Source of the DNA: Fistulifera solaris
Taxonomy: Eukaryota
Length of the DNA stretch: 64,000 nucleotides
Reading direction: 5' to 3'
Assembly (NCBI GenBank): GCA_030295235.1
Contig: AP026149.1
Location: 496,001-560,000, forward strand
Below are positions 24,500-37,243 of the stretch, piece after piece. The translations under genes and the position numbers were made by a program. The notes under the pieces were generated by a model that worked only from the letters and a program-made list of their open reading frames with translations, was not told where the DNA came from and did not search any database. Each line of letters starts with the position of its first letter. Positions within the stretch are counted from its first letter, which is position 1.

Positions 24500-25225
24500 T
24501 TGTTACCTGAAGAATACTTGTGTGTGATTCTTTGTGATTGACGAGAAAGGCAGGCTCCGATTTTGTCTTGGTATTTCAAATTGCAATGGAAAGGGATCAT
24601 CGCGTCGGAGGCACTGTGCGCTAATTTGATCTTGGAACGCGTTTACATTTTGGTACTGTACAAAAAAATTGCAAGGGTCATAGCTATGGTCATTCTGAAA
24701 TTGGGAGTGTCGTCTTTCTTTCATACTTTGTACTCATAACCTTACTGGAAAAATTGAGCATGACAAAAAAATGGATGTTTTCCGATTAAGGAATGGGGAC
24801 CGTGTAAATGAACGCCATCAGTAAGGTTAAAGCTTTTGTTTGCTAGGCACCTTTTGTAGGTACAGTTCATTTCTGCAACATCGTGAGAGACAACAAAACC
24901 GATAAAGACTTAATTTTCTTGTTACTCCTTTCTTACACAATCGTTACTTTTCCTAACTGCACGGAACTGATGTTGGTGATGGGAATATTCGTGTAGACAA
25001 GCCATGTTGACTCATGACTGAAATCCAGTCGGAATTACCACAGCGTCAACACAGTAAAATTGAAAAGGAAACGAAAATGTTTGTTGTACCTTGTAACGGG
25101 TACGCTGCGGCGACGACGCAATAAACGCCTGGTGATGATAAGAATCTTTGTTGCCTTTCCTTTATTCATTTATTTTATTGTTCTATTCTTTTTACAACTA
25201 TTACCTCATGACTAAACAAAGGACC

Positions 25226-26372
25226 ATGGAACTGGAGAAATCACCCTCTGAAACGAAGGAAGAAACTAGCCAACCGGATGCTCGATTTCACCTCGATGAG
25301 GCGGCACTCGAAACCCTTCGCACGGAAGCGCCCTGGATGAAAAATCCCAAATACTTTCAATCCGTGACAATTTCTCCGTCGGCAATCATTAAAATCATGA
25401 TGCACTGTCAATCGGGTGTCGACAAAGGCATTCAAAAGGGTGGTGCGTGTGTGAGAGCGAACGCTGATGGGACAAGAGAGACTCGATAGCTCACTCTTTT
25501 CTTATTTCTCCTTTTACTACAGGCAATCCCATTGAAGTTATGGGATTACTATTGGGTCGTCCGGACACACTAAATTCGAATACACTCATAATTACGGATG
25601 CTTTCCCGTTGCCGATTGAAGGATTCGAGACTCGTGTTGTGGCCGATGATGAACATGTGGTCAATCACATGATCAGTTTGGGCGAATCGCTCGAAGCAAC
25701 CCGAAAGGAAAAATTCATGGGATGGTATCACTCGCATCCGTTCGATCTGAGTGAACATTCGCACTGTTTTTTGTCACAAACGGATTTAACGACACAGTTG
25801 CAATGGCAGCGCGCGGAAGATCCGCACGGTAATCCTTTGTAGCCCTCGTCGTCGATCCGTTGCGTTCGATGTACACCGAATATCCCGAAATCAAAGCATT
25901 TCGTGCCTATCCTCCCGAATACAACAGCCCCGTGCCGATTGAGTGTCCGAATGGGTCGATTGAAACATCCGATCAGATACGTCTGGAGAAATGGGGAAGT
26001 TGTTGGAATCGCTATTACGAACTCAAAGTCGAATACTACATGTCAACGGTGTCACGAAAAGTCATTGTGGATGGATTGACACAAGATTCATTGTGGATGC
26101 GGTCGTTGGTTCGTGCACCGCCGTCGTTGTGGATGCCGCAGATGAAGTCTGTAGCAAACGACTTTGTGCACGCGGCCAATTCCAAAATTGTGGGCAGTGC
26201 GGGCGGTGGCGGTAGATCTGCCATGGGAAGTCGTTCCTCCGTGCGTCCCGATCCACCGCAGTCGCAAGAGTGGAACAAAGTGGTCATGCAAGTCAGTGAT
26301 CTGGCCATGGAGCATTTGGCACAGGAAACTTTGCAAGAATCCAAGAACATAGTGTTTAGCGTTGGCTTGTAA
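25226..26372 (+). CDS. CSN5: COP9 signalosome subunit 5 (JAMM/MPN+ deneddylase); intron ~25443-25521, frameshift ~25837
   Basis: PWMKNPKYFQSVTISPSAIIKIMMH, IEVMGLLLG, DAFPLPIEGFETRV, GWYHSHP..S..D, FRAYP, YYELKVEYY. Confidence 0.9.
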
Positions 26373-26480
26373 GTCGTTCCCATTGGAGTCCGATCGTAAA
26401 GTACGGTTCTAGAGAACAATATAGTGTATATAGAAAAGATATCTACATTAACTGTACCTGTATCATCTCATTTCCAGTTC

Positions 26481-27429
26481 TTATTTCGAACTTCGTTTAG
26501 CCGTAATAATGAAAAGCGGGTCACTTCTTCCTGGATTAGGGCTCGCATCGGTACATTTGGGTGGATCAAAGCAGCCAGCATAATGAAAGAAACTTCCCAC
26601 GATAAAAATGTGTTCCAGGTCGCTGGTTTGTAACCAAATTTGCATCGCTTTGGTAGGGAAACACCTGAAAAAAAGAGTGAGCTGACGCTTCCGTCAAAAA
26701 GCTTTCCCCCGCCAATCGTCCTCGACGCATTGAAAAGACGTACCGATTGCTGATGCTGATAATCGCTTCGCCTCCGGGGCGCAAGACTCGGCCAATTTCT
26801 TTGACAACTTCCAGTGGCTGTGTCAAGTAATCAATGGAAACAACACACGTAACCTGATGAAACAGACGATGTTGTAAGAAAAGAAAGCGGTATCATAATA
26901 GCAGCACCAAAATTGTCATTCATACCTTATCAAAAGAAGCATCGTCAAAGGGAAACTTCGGGTTCTTGTTAAGATTTTGTACAACATAGTCGGTCAGTTG
27001 AGGGTTCTTGCTGAGCTCAAACTCGTTCATACCCAATCCAACGACCTTTCCGCCTTTGAAGTTCTTTGGATAATGCGATACCCATGAACTGCAAATATCC
27101 AGCACATCATCTCCTTCTTCTAGACTTGTCGCATAATGTTCGGTGAGTGCCAATACGGCTGCATCGTCGATGTGATAGACAAGTCGCGGTTGGCTGTAGA
27201 AGATCTCGTCTTCCGACGGATCCATGACAGCAAAGTCAACTTTGTCATCGTAGGGCCAAGATGCTGGCCATTTGGGATTGGCCAAGACCTTTTCGGCCAT
27301 ACCTTTTGTAGAGAAAGCGACCGGAAAACGAAAGCCCGGTACGCGGGCCGACGGAAAGAACGCGGATGCAGAAGTTGCCAACAACAGTGAAGGGAAGAGG
27401 TGATTCATCAGTCTAGTTTGCACTCTCAT
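26481..27429 (-). CDS. Plastid-targeted class I SAM-dependent methyltransferase (type 11), three exons
   Basis: ASA-FFP presequence; FYSQPRLVYHID, VLDICSSWVSHYP, GLGMNEFEL, CVVSIDYLTQP, RVLRPGG, SNR|CFPTKA. Confidence 0.87.
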
Positions 27430-27994
27430 TATTCTTTCGTGTGATGTTTAGGCTGGCGTTTACGAGTTACGAACTATATGAAGATACAAGGACGGCGTCG
27501 ATGCAATCGCATCATCTTTTATCTCATCATGGTCGCGGTGCGCGATCGGTAACACGAAATGAGAAAAATGCGAGCATGAATGACGTGTTGCGTGACTCAC
27601 AATCACGTGTGGCGAATGAAATAACGCTCCCCCTAATGAACTTTGAAGCTTCGATCGTCTGCTGGCTCCCAAAGCTAGAGCTATGTCTAAAGTCCTTGGA
27701 GCTTCTAGGATCTATCAGATCCTAGTCTTGCGTTGTTATGGGTGGGTAATATTAACGCAATTGCAAGAGCCACAACTGCACAACTAACAAAAGGATGTTG
27801 GACCGATCTGTACGGGTTGGTAAATTTACGTAGACACGAGACAAGACAGTATTTGCTACCATAAGAAAAAGAGAATCGTGATGTGTGAGCCGTGTTTAGT
27901 CTACCCAGTGACGTTCTTTTATTTCAAAGTGAAAATAAGGGGATGCCTTGGCTCAGATCTGCCATTCGACCAGCTTACAATGACTCGGTTTACT

Positions 27995-28562
27995 TTATTT
28001 ACCAGCCAGTTGTTTGGCTATGCGGTCTTTGAGAGGTTTCAAAAGTGCAATGTGCTCATCGACTGACTTGGCGGTACATGACAGCCACGTATCCTCTACT
28101 TTGCGCATTTTTCGGGCGTCGTTTTCATCTCCTGGATTCAACATGTCTCGAACTTTGTCCTGACAGTCTTGCATGGAACGACCGAGACGATTCTTGTAGT
28201 TTGATACTTCCTGTCAAAAAATGATTATAAAAAAGAATGAGTCGCAAGTCTTTGTGAAGTAGAGAGTTACGATGTAGATGCGGGAAAACAGACGTTCCTC
28301 CATTGCTAGTAAATTGACTCACTTGTTGTAGAATATTACTGGCTTGTTGATAAGGCATTTGACAGTTCTGAACGCATCGTCCCAACGTTTCGGAAGGACC
28401 TGCTGTACCTGCTTTGTCAAAACAAGCGACGCAGCAAGCATATGCCTCGCGGGCCTGTTTGCGCACGTGCAATCGTTGGATTTCATCAATTACAATGCGC
28501 TCTTGTCCTTCCAGTTTGGCCATGAGTGCCTGTGCTTTCGCTTGTACTTCTGGATTTGACAT
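27995..28562 (-). CDS. FAM136A/DUF842-like twin-Cys protein, two exons
   Basis: CCVACFD, RCVQNCQ; exon 2 EVSNYKNRLGRSMQDCQDK..SCTAKSVDEHI. Confidence 0.75.
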
Positions 28563-29105
28563 CTTGTTAAACTATTTGAGCAGTTTGGTTGTACATTCAA
28601 TCTGTTGTTATTATTGCTTGTTCTTGCATCGGATCTTAGTCATCGATCTTTTTCCATTTTTTAGGGTATGGCGAAAATGAGCGTCTCCGTTTAAGACTAT
28701 AGGTCAAAGTGTATGGTTACAACTACCAAGGGTTAGTGTATATAGTGTTGTCCCCGAAAAAGTAACATATCCTTAATGAAAAGAAACCTAGTATTTTCAG
28801 GCTTATGGTTTTGATACTCATCCATACTTTGTATATTCAAAAGAGTTCCAAAATGGTTTTAGATGCTTATCTAAAGATCGTCACTTCACCAAGTAAACTC
28901 CGTCAATTTTACAAAAGGATTGTAAGGTTTAAGACAGCACTTTCATGCTTTGATGCTGTCTCTTGTTTAAATTGGTCTTTATGAAGGAGAACACCTGCAT
29001 TTGACTCCGTACAGACCAACTTCGCATCTCAGCTGAACGGAAATGGCGAGTTTATTGTAAAGCGGGCCTTTTGTAAGCATTTGTGACTTTTCCTCTAGTT
29101 TTACA

Positions 29106-31109
29106 ATGGGCACCACCGAATCCATTCTTTACGACGACGAAGACGACGATCAACATGAAAAGGAAGTCGCCGATCTATTTACACCGGATTCACGTCGAAA
29201 AGGGAGACCGTCAACGACTCCCTTGCCTTCCACGGCAAGACGACGGAATGTTCAATCGCCATCCGAAAAGAACCCTCCATTGTTTGTGTTGAATGTCACA
29301 ATTCTTGGATTAACGAAAGCGGGAAAGCAAACTTTGCTACATCGACTACGGGGAAAAGATCCATTTTCGGTTGTGCTGGAGAAACAAAGCTCGGCTCAGG
29401 TGCCGTACCAATCACCTCGGCCAGTCGAAGATCGCATTCAACTTCACGCACAAATTCATCGAGAATCTAGCAATTCACAACTACAGACGGATCTGGCAAT
29501 TTTACTGATTGATCCACGACACGATCGAAAGCGGATAGAGCAGTCAATCGGTGAAGCCATTCAATCGGTATGGCGCTCGACGCAAAATGAAAACAACAAA
29601 CCATTTTGTCTATGTATACTCCTCAACTTTTGGGACAAACTCCACAAGAGTGATAAGAAACAACGGAAAACGCAAGTCTCCGAATCGGATGTTCAACAAA
29701 TGACGTTGCTGGCTCTTCAAGACCTATCCACGGATGTAGAACCCTCGCGACTTCATCTGCAGTTTGCAACATCGTCTCTCTTCAACTGCTACGGTCTGGG
29801 AATTTTACACTTTTTCATTTATCAATCTTATTTGCTACTCAAACAATGGCAGTTACATAACAAATTACAAGCAATTCGACAAACTTTCCAACAATCTCGA
29901 GAATCGGTACCTCAAGTCATTCCTTATGAAGTTTATCTTAAGCAGCTGCGCAACCCACCACCGGTCCCCTCTCCCGAACAACCCAAACAATCAACAACTA
30001 GAGATTCGTCACAGGCTTCAACCCAAATAGAAACCCAGCGACGACCTGTTGTGATGCCGACGGAAGTATCCCTTAAGCCCACCAGCTCACTGCAGAACGC
30101 GGAAGCTTCGAGGAAAGCTCTTGAAGCATTTTTGGCCGACGAAGATGACGAGGATGAGGTCATTTTTAAACAGCATAATGTGTACGACAGCGACGAGGAG
30201 AGTGAAGTGTTCATCGATGAGTCAGGACGAAGGCATATGGCGGGACCTGACAATAGCAGAAGTGATAGTCGATCAGAAATATCCTTTGAGAGCAAGGCAG
30301 GGCAAAGTTTAGACAGCAAGACAAAGAACAATGAAACGGGGGACTCTGTAGAATTTCGGCAAAGCGGCGCCTTGACTTCAATAGGCTCAAATTGTGACAA
30401 TAGTAGCCATAGCCCTTCCCGTACGTCGTCAGCAAAGGCGGATATTGTAGAGGTCGGATCTATAAGTCCGCATGCCTCGAACTTTTCCGAGGAGGACTCG
30501 GAACATGAACCCAGTAATTACATCAGCCCTCCGGTCGAAGCCGAAACGTCAGATAAGCACCGCAATGAGGAATCTACGATAGTAGACGAAGAGCTCACCA
30601 AACACACACGCAACGGTGACCGTCACAAGAAGGCCCAAGCTACCCTTCCAGTGACTGCTAATAAGGTTGATGAAAACCCAACACCGATAATAGTGTCAAC
30701 GAACAACAATGCCGTCGAAAACGCTGAGGACGGGGATGAAAGCGAGTTTTTTGTGGAAGAAGCTGATGGTGCTTCAGACCCTATTCCAGAAGCATCTACA
30801 AAGGCGATTGCAAACAGCCCCCGGCCCTCAGCAGAATCCGCTTCGATTGACACACAGGACGCATCCATTGCTGCGAAGGTACCTCTTACGAATGGAAAGA
30901 GTCAAGATCGATCAAGTCAGATGAGTCCAGCAGTACTTGTCGCCATTGCCGCTGCTCAGCAAGCAGCAGAAGCAATGCTTGAGCAGCAGTTGTCACAGGA
31001 AAGTGAAAAGAAGGCGCGTGAAAAGAAACCGAAGAAGGAAAAGAAAAAGAAGGAGAAAAGGAAGAAAGAAGTTAAGATCCAGAGGGAATTGGACGCCCTG
31101 TCGGACTGA
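29106..31109 (+). CDS. RABL6-like protein (degenerate GTPase domain, acidic disordered region, Lys/Glu tail)
   Basis: VTILGLTKAGKQTLLHRLRG P-loop-like, ILLNFWD, SSLFNCYGLGILHFFI, KEKKKKEKRKK tail. Confidence 0.6.
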   Translation: MGTTESILYDDEDDDQHEKEVADLFTPDSRRKGRPSTTPLPSTARRRNVQSPSEKNPPLFVLNVTILGLTKAGKQTLLHRLRGKDPFSVVLEKQSSAQVPYQSPRPVEDRIQLHAQIHRESSNSQLQTDLAILLIDPRHDRKRIEQSIGEAIQSVWRSTQNENNKPFCLCILLNFWDKLHKSDKKQRKTQVSESDVQQMTLLALQDLSTDVEPSRLHLQFATSSLFNCYGLGILHFFIYQSYLLLKQWQLHNKLQAIRQTFQQSRESVPQVIPYEVYLKQLRNPPPVPSPEQPKQSTTRDSSQASTQIETQRRPVVMPTEVSLKPTSSLQNAEASRKALEAFLADEDDEDEVIFKQHNVYDSDEESEVFIDESGRRHMAGPDNSRSDSRSEISFESKAGQSLDSKTKNNETGDSVEFRQSGALTSIGSNCDNSSHSPSRTSSAKADIVEVGSISPHASNFSEEDSEHEPSNYISPPVEAETSDKHRNEESTIVDEELTKHTRNGDRHKKAQATLPVTANKVDENPTPIIVSTNNNAVENAEDGDESEFFVEEADGASDPIPEASTKAIANSPRPSAESASIDTQDASIAAKVPLTNGKSQDRSSQMSPAVLVAIAAAQQAAEAMLEQQLSQESEKKAREKKPKKEKKKKEKRKKEVKIQRELDALSD

Positions 31110-31197
31110 TGATACATGCTACAAAAGCCGGAGAAGGTAGCCAAACACTTTCATGAACTAATTTTGCTTCAATTTGTAAACTGATAATTTTCATTCT

Positions 31198-32019
31198 TTA
31201 TAGTTTCTCGAGAGCAGCAGTTACTTCTTCTGGGGTTGCAATATGGAAGCCCTTCTCAGGAGTTACGCGGGCCAGTTCTATATTGTCAGTGGAAATTTTT
31301 TCTTCCATAACCTGCTTCAGGGTGCTAAGCGCCAGAACTTCAGCTTCGTCTAAAGTCATCGTGTCCGAATACGATTCTTCCAAGTTGGATTGAGCACCCT
31401 CACTACCCGCTCCGATGGCTTTCGCCTTGTAACGCACGAAGGTTCCCGATGGATCACTAAAGAACAATTGACAGCCATCGAGATCGTCGTAACCCGCCAG
31501 CAACAAAGCAACACCAAAGGGTCGACTCATTCGCTTTTTCGAATCACCATCGCTTCCTTCTCCAAACGACAATGCCAAATCGCAGACCGCTTGCGTTAAC
31601 GCTTCCACTCCCATCGGTTCATCATAAGTGAAACGGTGATTTTGTGCTTCGACACGAGCATGATCTACCAGTGTGCGAGCGTCGGCAATCAATCCAGACA
31701 TGGCTGCTCCCATATGCGAGTCAATTTCCGCAATCTTCTCTACGGAGGCCGGGTCCAGCAGAGGACTTGTCAAACGCTTTTCAACTGCCAAGATACATCC
31801 TTCCTTTGTTTGCAAGCCGACTGCTGTGGATCCGAGTTTAATAGCTTCAATAGCGTATTCGACCTGGATTGATGCAAGTGAAAGATGTAAGATCACAGCA
31901 GATAACTAATATTGATCACAAGAGGATTCATTGACGACGCATACACTTACTTGAAACAAGCGTCCTTCCGGGGAGAAAGTATTGACTCCCCGATCGTATT
32001 CAGAGCGTGTCAAGTACAT
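31198..32019 (-). CDS. PSMA5: 20S proteasome subunit alpha type 5; intron ~31950-31865
   Basis: [57 protein letters not shown]. Confidence 0.96.
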
Positions 32020-32535
32020 GGTGCGTGAGTATACTTTAAATAATCAACTTAATAGTCGTAGAAGCGGATGCAATCTGCCATTGTCGAAACAAAAAGCTAT
32101 TCTGGTAACGGGTTCGATTGTCGATTGCAGCCAAATGCATGCACTACCGTCTGTCCGACTAGCCGTACCGGAATCCTAGCGATCATCATGGAAAAAAGTG
32201 AAGGAGAACAACTGAAAACTAAAACACGAGCTGAGTCTGAGTCACGAGTCCCTTGGCAGACGGAATGAGGCATCTGGAATCATACTAATTTTCTTGAAAA
32301 TTGAAAGGCAAACGTTCGCCGCGATAATCGGCTCGAGCAAATAATACTACGGAGTAAAATGGACCTTGCAGCCGCACACCATGACAACATGAAACATTGT
32401 ATCGCGACGCCAATAAGAAATCCAAGCTATACACGCCTTTCTTTGCAGTGTGAATTGACAAATTGATTAAATTCAGAGAGATAGACCAAGAGCGCGTATT
32501 AAATATTCCTTTTCAATTGATTCCTTTTGGAAATA

Positions 32536-33162
32536 ATGTTGCAACCGAACCCTACTCTTTACCTCAAAAATATAGACTGGAAGATCAAGAAGCCGTTCCT
32601 ACGTCGAGCATTATACTCCTTATTTACACGTCATGGAAAGGTTCACGAAGTAATTGTTCTTCGACGTGAAGGTCTTCGTGGACAAGCCTGGATCATATTT
32701 GATGATGTACAAGCTGCCGTAGCGGCACTTCAGGCAGAACAGGGATTTACACTCTTCGGCAAGGATTTGGTGATCGAATTCGCCAAAGCGCCTAGCGACC
32801 GTATTTCGAGGCGTGATGGGACCTATGTTCCAAAAGCGAAGAGGGCGAAGACCGACGACAAACGCGCTGATGAAAACGAAGGAACCACAGCAGCCACGGC
32901 AGTTCCTGCCGCTACTCCTCTACCCGAAGCACCTCCTTCCAAGTATTTGCTGGCCGACAATTTACCACAGGAATGCAATGAAATGATGCTCGGTATGCTA
33001 TTCCGACAATATGCTGGATTCAAAGAAGTCCGCATGCCGCGTCCAGGTTTAGCATTTGTTGAGTTTGAGGACGAGCCTCATGCTACGTTAGCGAAGAACG
33101 GCTTGAATGGCTTTCAAATTACCGCAAATGATCGGCTTAATCTAAACTACGGGAAAAATTAG
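32536..33162 (+). CDS. U1A/U2B'' snRNP protein (two RRMs)
   Basis: PNPTLYLKNI, LRGQAWIIF, PPSKYLLADNLP, LFRQYAGFKEVR, LAFVEF. Confidence 0.9.
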   Translation: MLQPNPTLYLKNIDWKIKKPFLRRALYSLFTRHGKVHEVIVLRREGLRGQAWIIFDDVQAAVAALQAEQGFTLFGKDLVIEFAKAPSDRISRRDGTYVPKAKRAKTDDKRADENEGTTAATAVPAATPLPEAPPSKYLLADNLPQECNEMMLGMLFRQYAGFKEVRMPRPGLAFVEFEDEPHATLAKNGLNGFQITANDRLNLNYGKN

Positions 33163-33922
33163 TCCCATTTCTCTGGACTCCGGCGTGTCAAAGTGCAACA
33201 TTAACATAACAGCATTCTAAATATTATATGACTAGATTCGAGCAATAGCGCAGAATCTTCAGGAGGGTCGATTTTTATTTGATCATGAATGAAAACGAGA
33301 GATGTTTAGTCTAGAGCTTTGTTACTCTGTAATAAAATAGTTACGCCGAATAACTTTGCTTCACCCGGTACCAGTACGACCCATCATATGTTGAGTGCTG
33401 GTTCGACAGGAACAAAATCCGTCGTGGAACACGTTCTACGAGTTCTGAGCAAGCTCTGAGTCACACTATAGTGACGGGTAACGCTGAGTCGTCGTCGCAG
33501 TCGACTTATCTGACGATAAAAAGGTGATGCGAAGAAATGACGAACAATCCACTCTGATCTGGAGAGAATGAGAGCGACAAACTGATGACGTGTCAAACCA
33601 CCATATACATGTTTTGTGTACAGTTGTCATCTGTCATCTGACTCTGATTCGATCGAATTCCTGTTCTTGATGGAGTTTTGCCGTGGAACGGTTTCGGTTC
33701 CTCTTATAATTTCTTGGTAACAAATTCTACGAACCATCACGTACATTTCCTTCGAATTCGCATAGAGACCAAGCGAAACGGCCTTTTGACACGTGACGAT
33801 TTCGAGCAAGAATAGCTTCCGTTTCACAAAAACTAATAACTTCATCGAAACCAATCAGTTCATTTAAAAAGCAATCAGCACAAAGTTTAAAGCGAATTCA
33901 CAAGTCAGATCATTAAGAAACC

Positions 33923-35293
33923 ATGGCGAACCACTTTGGATCGAATACAAACTCAATTTCAGTCAAACAACAAAACATGCAACCCATGGATGCCAAACAA
34001 CAGCGCGTGTCTGGAAGTTACTCGGCGGGTTTTTCGGGCGTTGCTATTCGGCGCATTCGAGAACCACACAAGCACGACGTTCTCAGCGGGCGTGGCGGAG
34101 GTATCAATAGCCACGAGGGCAACGTTCAGTTCCGAAAATGGGTAGCCGACCGAAAGAACGATTACAATCTGGCAGCCAACAAAGCAGCGAAAGCCGAGGT
34201 AGCTAAGGAGGTCATTGCAATGGTCCAAAGTCAGGACCCTCCCGGCCGCTTCTTGCAGAAAGACCCTTCCTCGATGGGGAACAGTTCATGGTGGATCGAG
34301 CTGGACGATGAAAAAATCATGGCGAAAACCAGTCAAGCGCTTCGCGAGGGAGCTCCCCAGATTCGAGCCGCTCATAAAGATGAACTTTTGGAAAATCGCG
34401 CTCGCTCGAATACCCGACGTATCAAGGAGACTGTACCCATTAGTCCTAAGAAGAGGAAAATTGGGTATGTTGAGCCTGACGAGGTGATTACGAGGATGGC
34501 AGACAAGCCCCGAGTCCTTAGTATTTTGCAACAAAACATGAAGGCTGCCCAAGAAACGGGAAAAGACGAGCCTTTGGAGTTCGAGCAACCAGAAAAGCGA
34601 TTTCGTACGGCTTTCAATGGACAGACTTTGTCACCCTACGATGATACGCCGCCTTTAACTGCTGCTCCTGCTCCAGACATCATTCCTCTTGAGTCAGCAA
34701 TGATGCCTCCACCAGCAGTCATGCGGAGCAATAGCAGCTTCGCCCGCACAAATTCTTTAGCACTTTCTGATATTAGTGCCGGAGACTTTGACGTCAATGA
34801 AGATTTCGTCAACCCTTTTGAGAACGAAAGTGACCTGGAGAGTTTGCACGGGTTTGCGATTCCACCTCGACTTGGAGTGTACAGAGAATCAAGTGTTTCC
34901 AGTGATATGGGTGGATACGAAGCTCTTTTCGGACCAGCACCGCCCAAGCCGCCGCGAAGGACATTCGCACCGTCAGGGGTACGTGTAAAATCGATTAGTT
35001 CGCAGTCGAACAAGAACGAGATTCAAAACGATTTTCTACCTCCTTTTGGTGAAACCGAATCTCTTCACGACTGGAATCGCGGTCCTATTATTTCTCACAA
35101 AATGAAATCGCCATCCAGGTCTCTTTCGGGTCTTTCGGAACTTCCAGAAATCAGTCATCTGAACAGCGACTTTAGCGAGGGTGTAAAGGAAATTTATGAT
35201 GCCCTGCATCGGGAAGATGATGAGGCGTACTTTGCCTGGCCTCGCCGCTCGTCTTCGAGCGTCTTTTCTTATGCCCCTTCAGATCGCCAATAG
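33923..35293 (+). CDS. DUF6824-type diatom-expanded protein with a long disordered C-terminus
   Basis: PHKHDVLSGRGGGINSHEGNVQFR, PPGRFLQK, WIELDDEKIMAKTSQALRE. Confidence 0.8.
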   Translation: MANHFGSNTNSISVKQQNMQPMDAKQQRVSGSYSAGFSGVAIRRIREPHKHDVLSGRGGGINSHEGNVQFRKWVADRKNDYNLAANKAAKAEVAKEVIAMVQSQDPPGRFLQKDPSSMGNSSWWIELDDEKIMAKTSQALREGAPQIRAAHKDELLENRARSNTRRIKETVPISPKKRKIGYVEPDEVITRMADKPRVLSILQQNMKAAQETGKDEPLEFEQPEKRFRTAFNGQTLSPYDDTPPLTAAPAPDIIPLESAMMPPPAVMRSNSSFARTNSLALSDISAGDFDVNEDFVNPFENESDLESLHGFAIPPRLGVYRESSVSSDMGGYEALFGPAPPKPPRRTFAPSGVRVKSISSQSNKNEIQNDFLPPFGETESLHDWNRGPIISHKMKSPSRSLSGLSELPEISHLNSDFSEGVKEIYDALHREDDEAYFAWPRRSSSSVFSYAPSDRQ

Positions 35294-35492
35294 AATGTAC
35301 AGAAAGCAACGCAACGTGTCAGCAGAGAACGGTGGATAAAAAGTGTGTGGGATTTAGTCTCGCATCGGTCGGTACATGGATATGTTTAGCGCCAACAAGC
35401 TTTACCGTTTTTTATCTTATTCATAAACATTTAGAACTGAAACAAAGTACCTGGTACTGGTATTACACTAGCCTTCAGTTTATAGAGAAAGC

Positions 35493-36773
35493 CTATGCTT
35501 CGGTTATGCGCACGATAGCTTGGTTTGTAGTCAAGCTGAATGCCAAATATTCATACTTCCATCCAAACCGCTTGCACGTTTCTCGCCATGCACGAAATTC
35601 GTCTTGACGCCACGAAGGATGGCCAATGTACTCGTCAAACACTATAATGGTCCCAGGAACCACACGTCCATGCATTGCCTCCAATATATCTAGCGTGGAG
35701 GAGTATAGATCGCAGTCAATATTCGCGTACGCTAAGAAAGCTTCCGGTCCTCTCTCTTTCAGAAACGGAGTGATCGTCTCTCCAAACAGTCCCTTGTGAA
35801 ATTGAACCTTTCCATCCATTACAGGTACTCTCCCACCCGTCGAGTAGGAACCTGCCGGCTCATTGCCCCAGGGCTGGGGCAATCCTGTGAATGTGTCAAA
35901 TCCATGAAGCTCTGTTGTGAGCGGAAGTATTTCCTGCGTAAAACGCATACTACGTCCCGACCCGACACCAAATTCGCACACGAGACCACCCTGTTCTACC
36001 AAAGGAAGCGCCGCTTTTAACGCCAATTCCAGCATCGACCGGGTTCCGCGGTATAAGTTTAACGGTTCTGTTTTTCGTGTATGCCAGCGGACATAACCCC
36101 AGGAGTCCACCAGACAGGCATATTTGGATTCTTCACGTCGCAAAATCTCCATAATTTCTTCCGCCTCGTGCTCTTCCCCCTGATCGTTCGAGCGCTACCG
36201 CCAAATGAAACAAAACATTCCGGTCCGCTGGCTGAATTTGTAACGCGCTACGATACGGAGGAATGGCTTTTCCACAGATCCATCTGCTTGTATGCTATTC
36301 CCCAGACCGGTATAACTAACCGCCGACGGAATCGGATCGATCGAGGCGGATTCCTTGTATAATTTCGCCGCGGCTTTGGGATCTCCCAACGCATCGAGAT
36401 TCAAAAACGCCAGTCGCAGGCAGGTATACGCCAAGATGGTCGTACAGTCCTCTTCCGGTAGACACGTGACGTGCCCAAATTCGCTCTTGCGGTCAACAAA
36501 GCACTGATACAGCGTAGCGGCTTCGTGGAACGAGGCCGAAGCTTTCCTGGCTTGACCATTCTTTTCCAGTAATACACCGAGCCGAAAGGCACGATCCGCT
36601 TCGCCGACGAGCGAATTCCATGCTACATTGCCCGCGACGAGCTCATGGAGTAAACTAAATTCCTGTGACAGTGCGGATTGAGACGACGAGAGAGTGCTAA
36701 ACGCGAGACCGCTCGTGGACTGATGCGCTATTGTGAAGAGACAGAAAAGCGATCGTTTCAACAAACTTTTCAT
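35493..36773 (-). CDS. TPR-like N-terminus plus TylF/MycF-like SAM methyltransferase; frameshifts ~36200-36300
   Basis: CEFGVGSG, GFDTFTGLP, FHKGLFGETI, ANIDCDLYSST, GTIIVFDEY; signal peptide + AFS. Confidence 0.8.
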
Positions 36774-37243
36774 TGTATTGTTATATTTATATATGATTGC
36801 AGAGATCAGGATTTATCCGCAAATCCAAGAATCATTGCTTTTGATGATCAATCTGTCATGATTTTGTCGTTCATCTTATTATTTCATATTTCACATCTCA
36901 TCATCGCGACTTTTTTGGGGGTTGACTTTTTTTGACACCATTGTCACGTCTCTTGACAATAGCTTAGAAAGTAGTCTCATGCGTTTCTCGATTTAATGAT
37001 TTGTTACCTGCTGCGACTACTTGCTGACCCGGTGTGGTTTTGCTTGTACTATAGCACAAATAGTAAATGGTGCATTTTTTTCTCGCACCGCTCTCGTTCG
37101 TGTGAATTATTGTTGCTCTCTCTTTGTCATTAAATGACATTAAATGACAAAAAGCTTTTGCTTATCGATTGCGAGACCCTTTAACAAAAAAACAAAGCAT
37201 AGGAGTCATCTATTAACAAACTTATTGCTGAAACGAACAAGAA

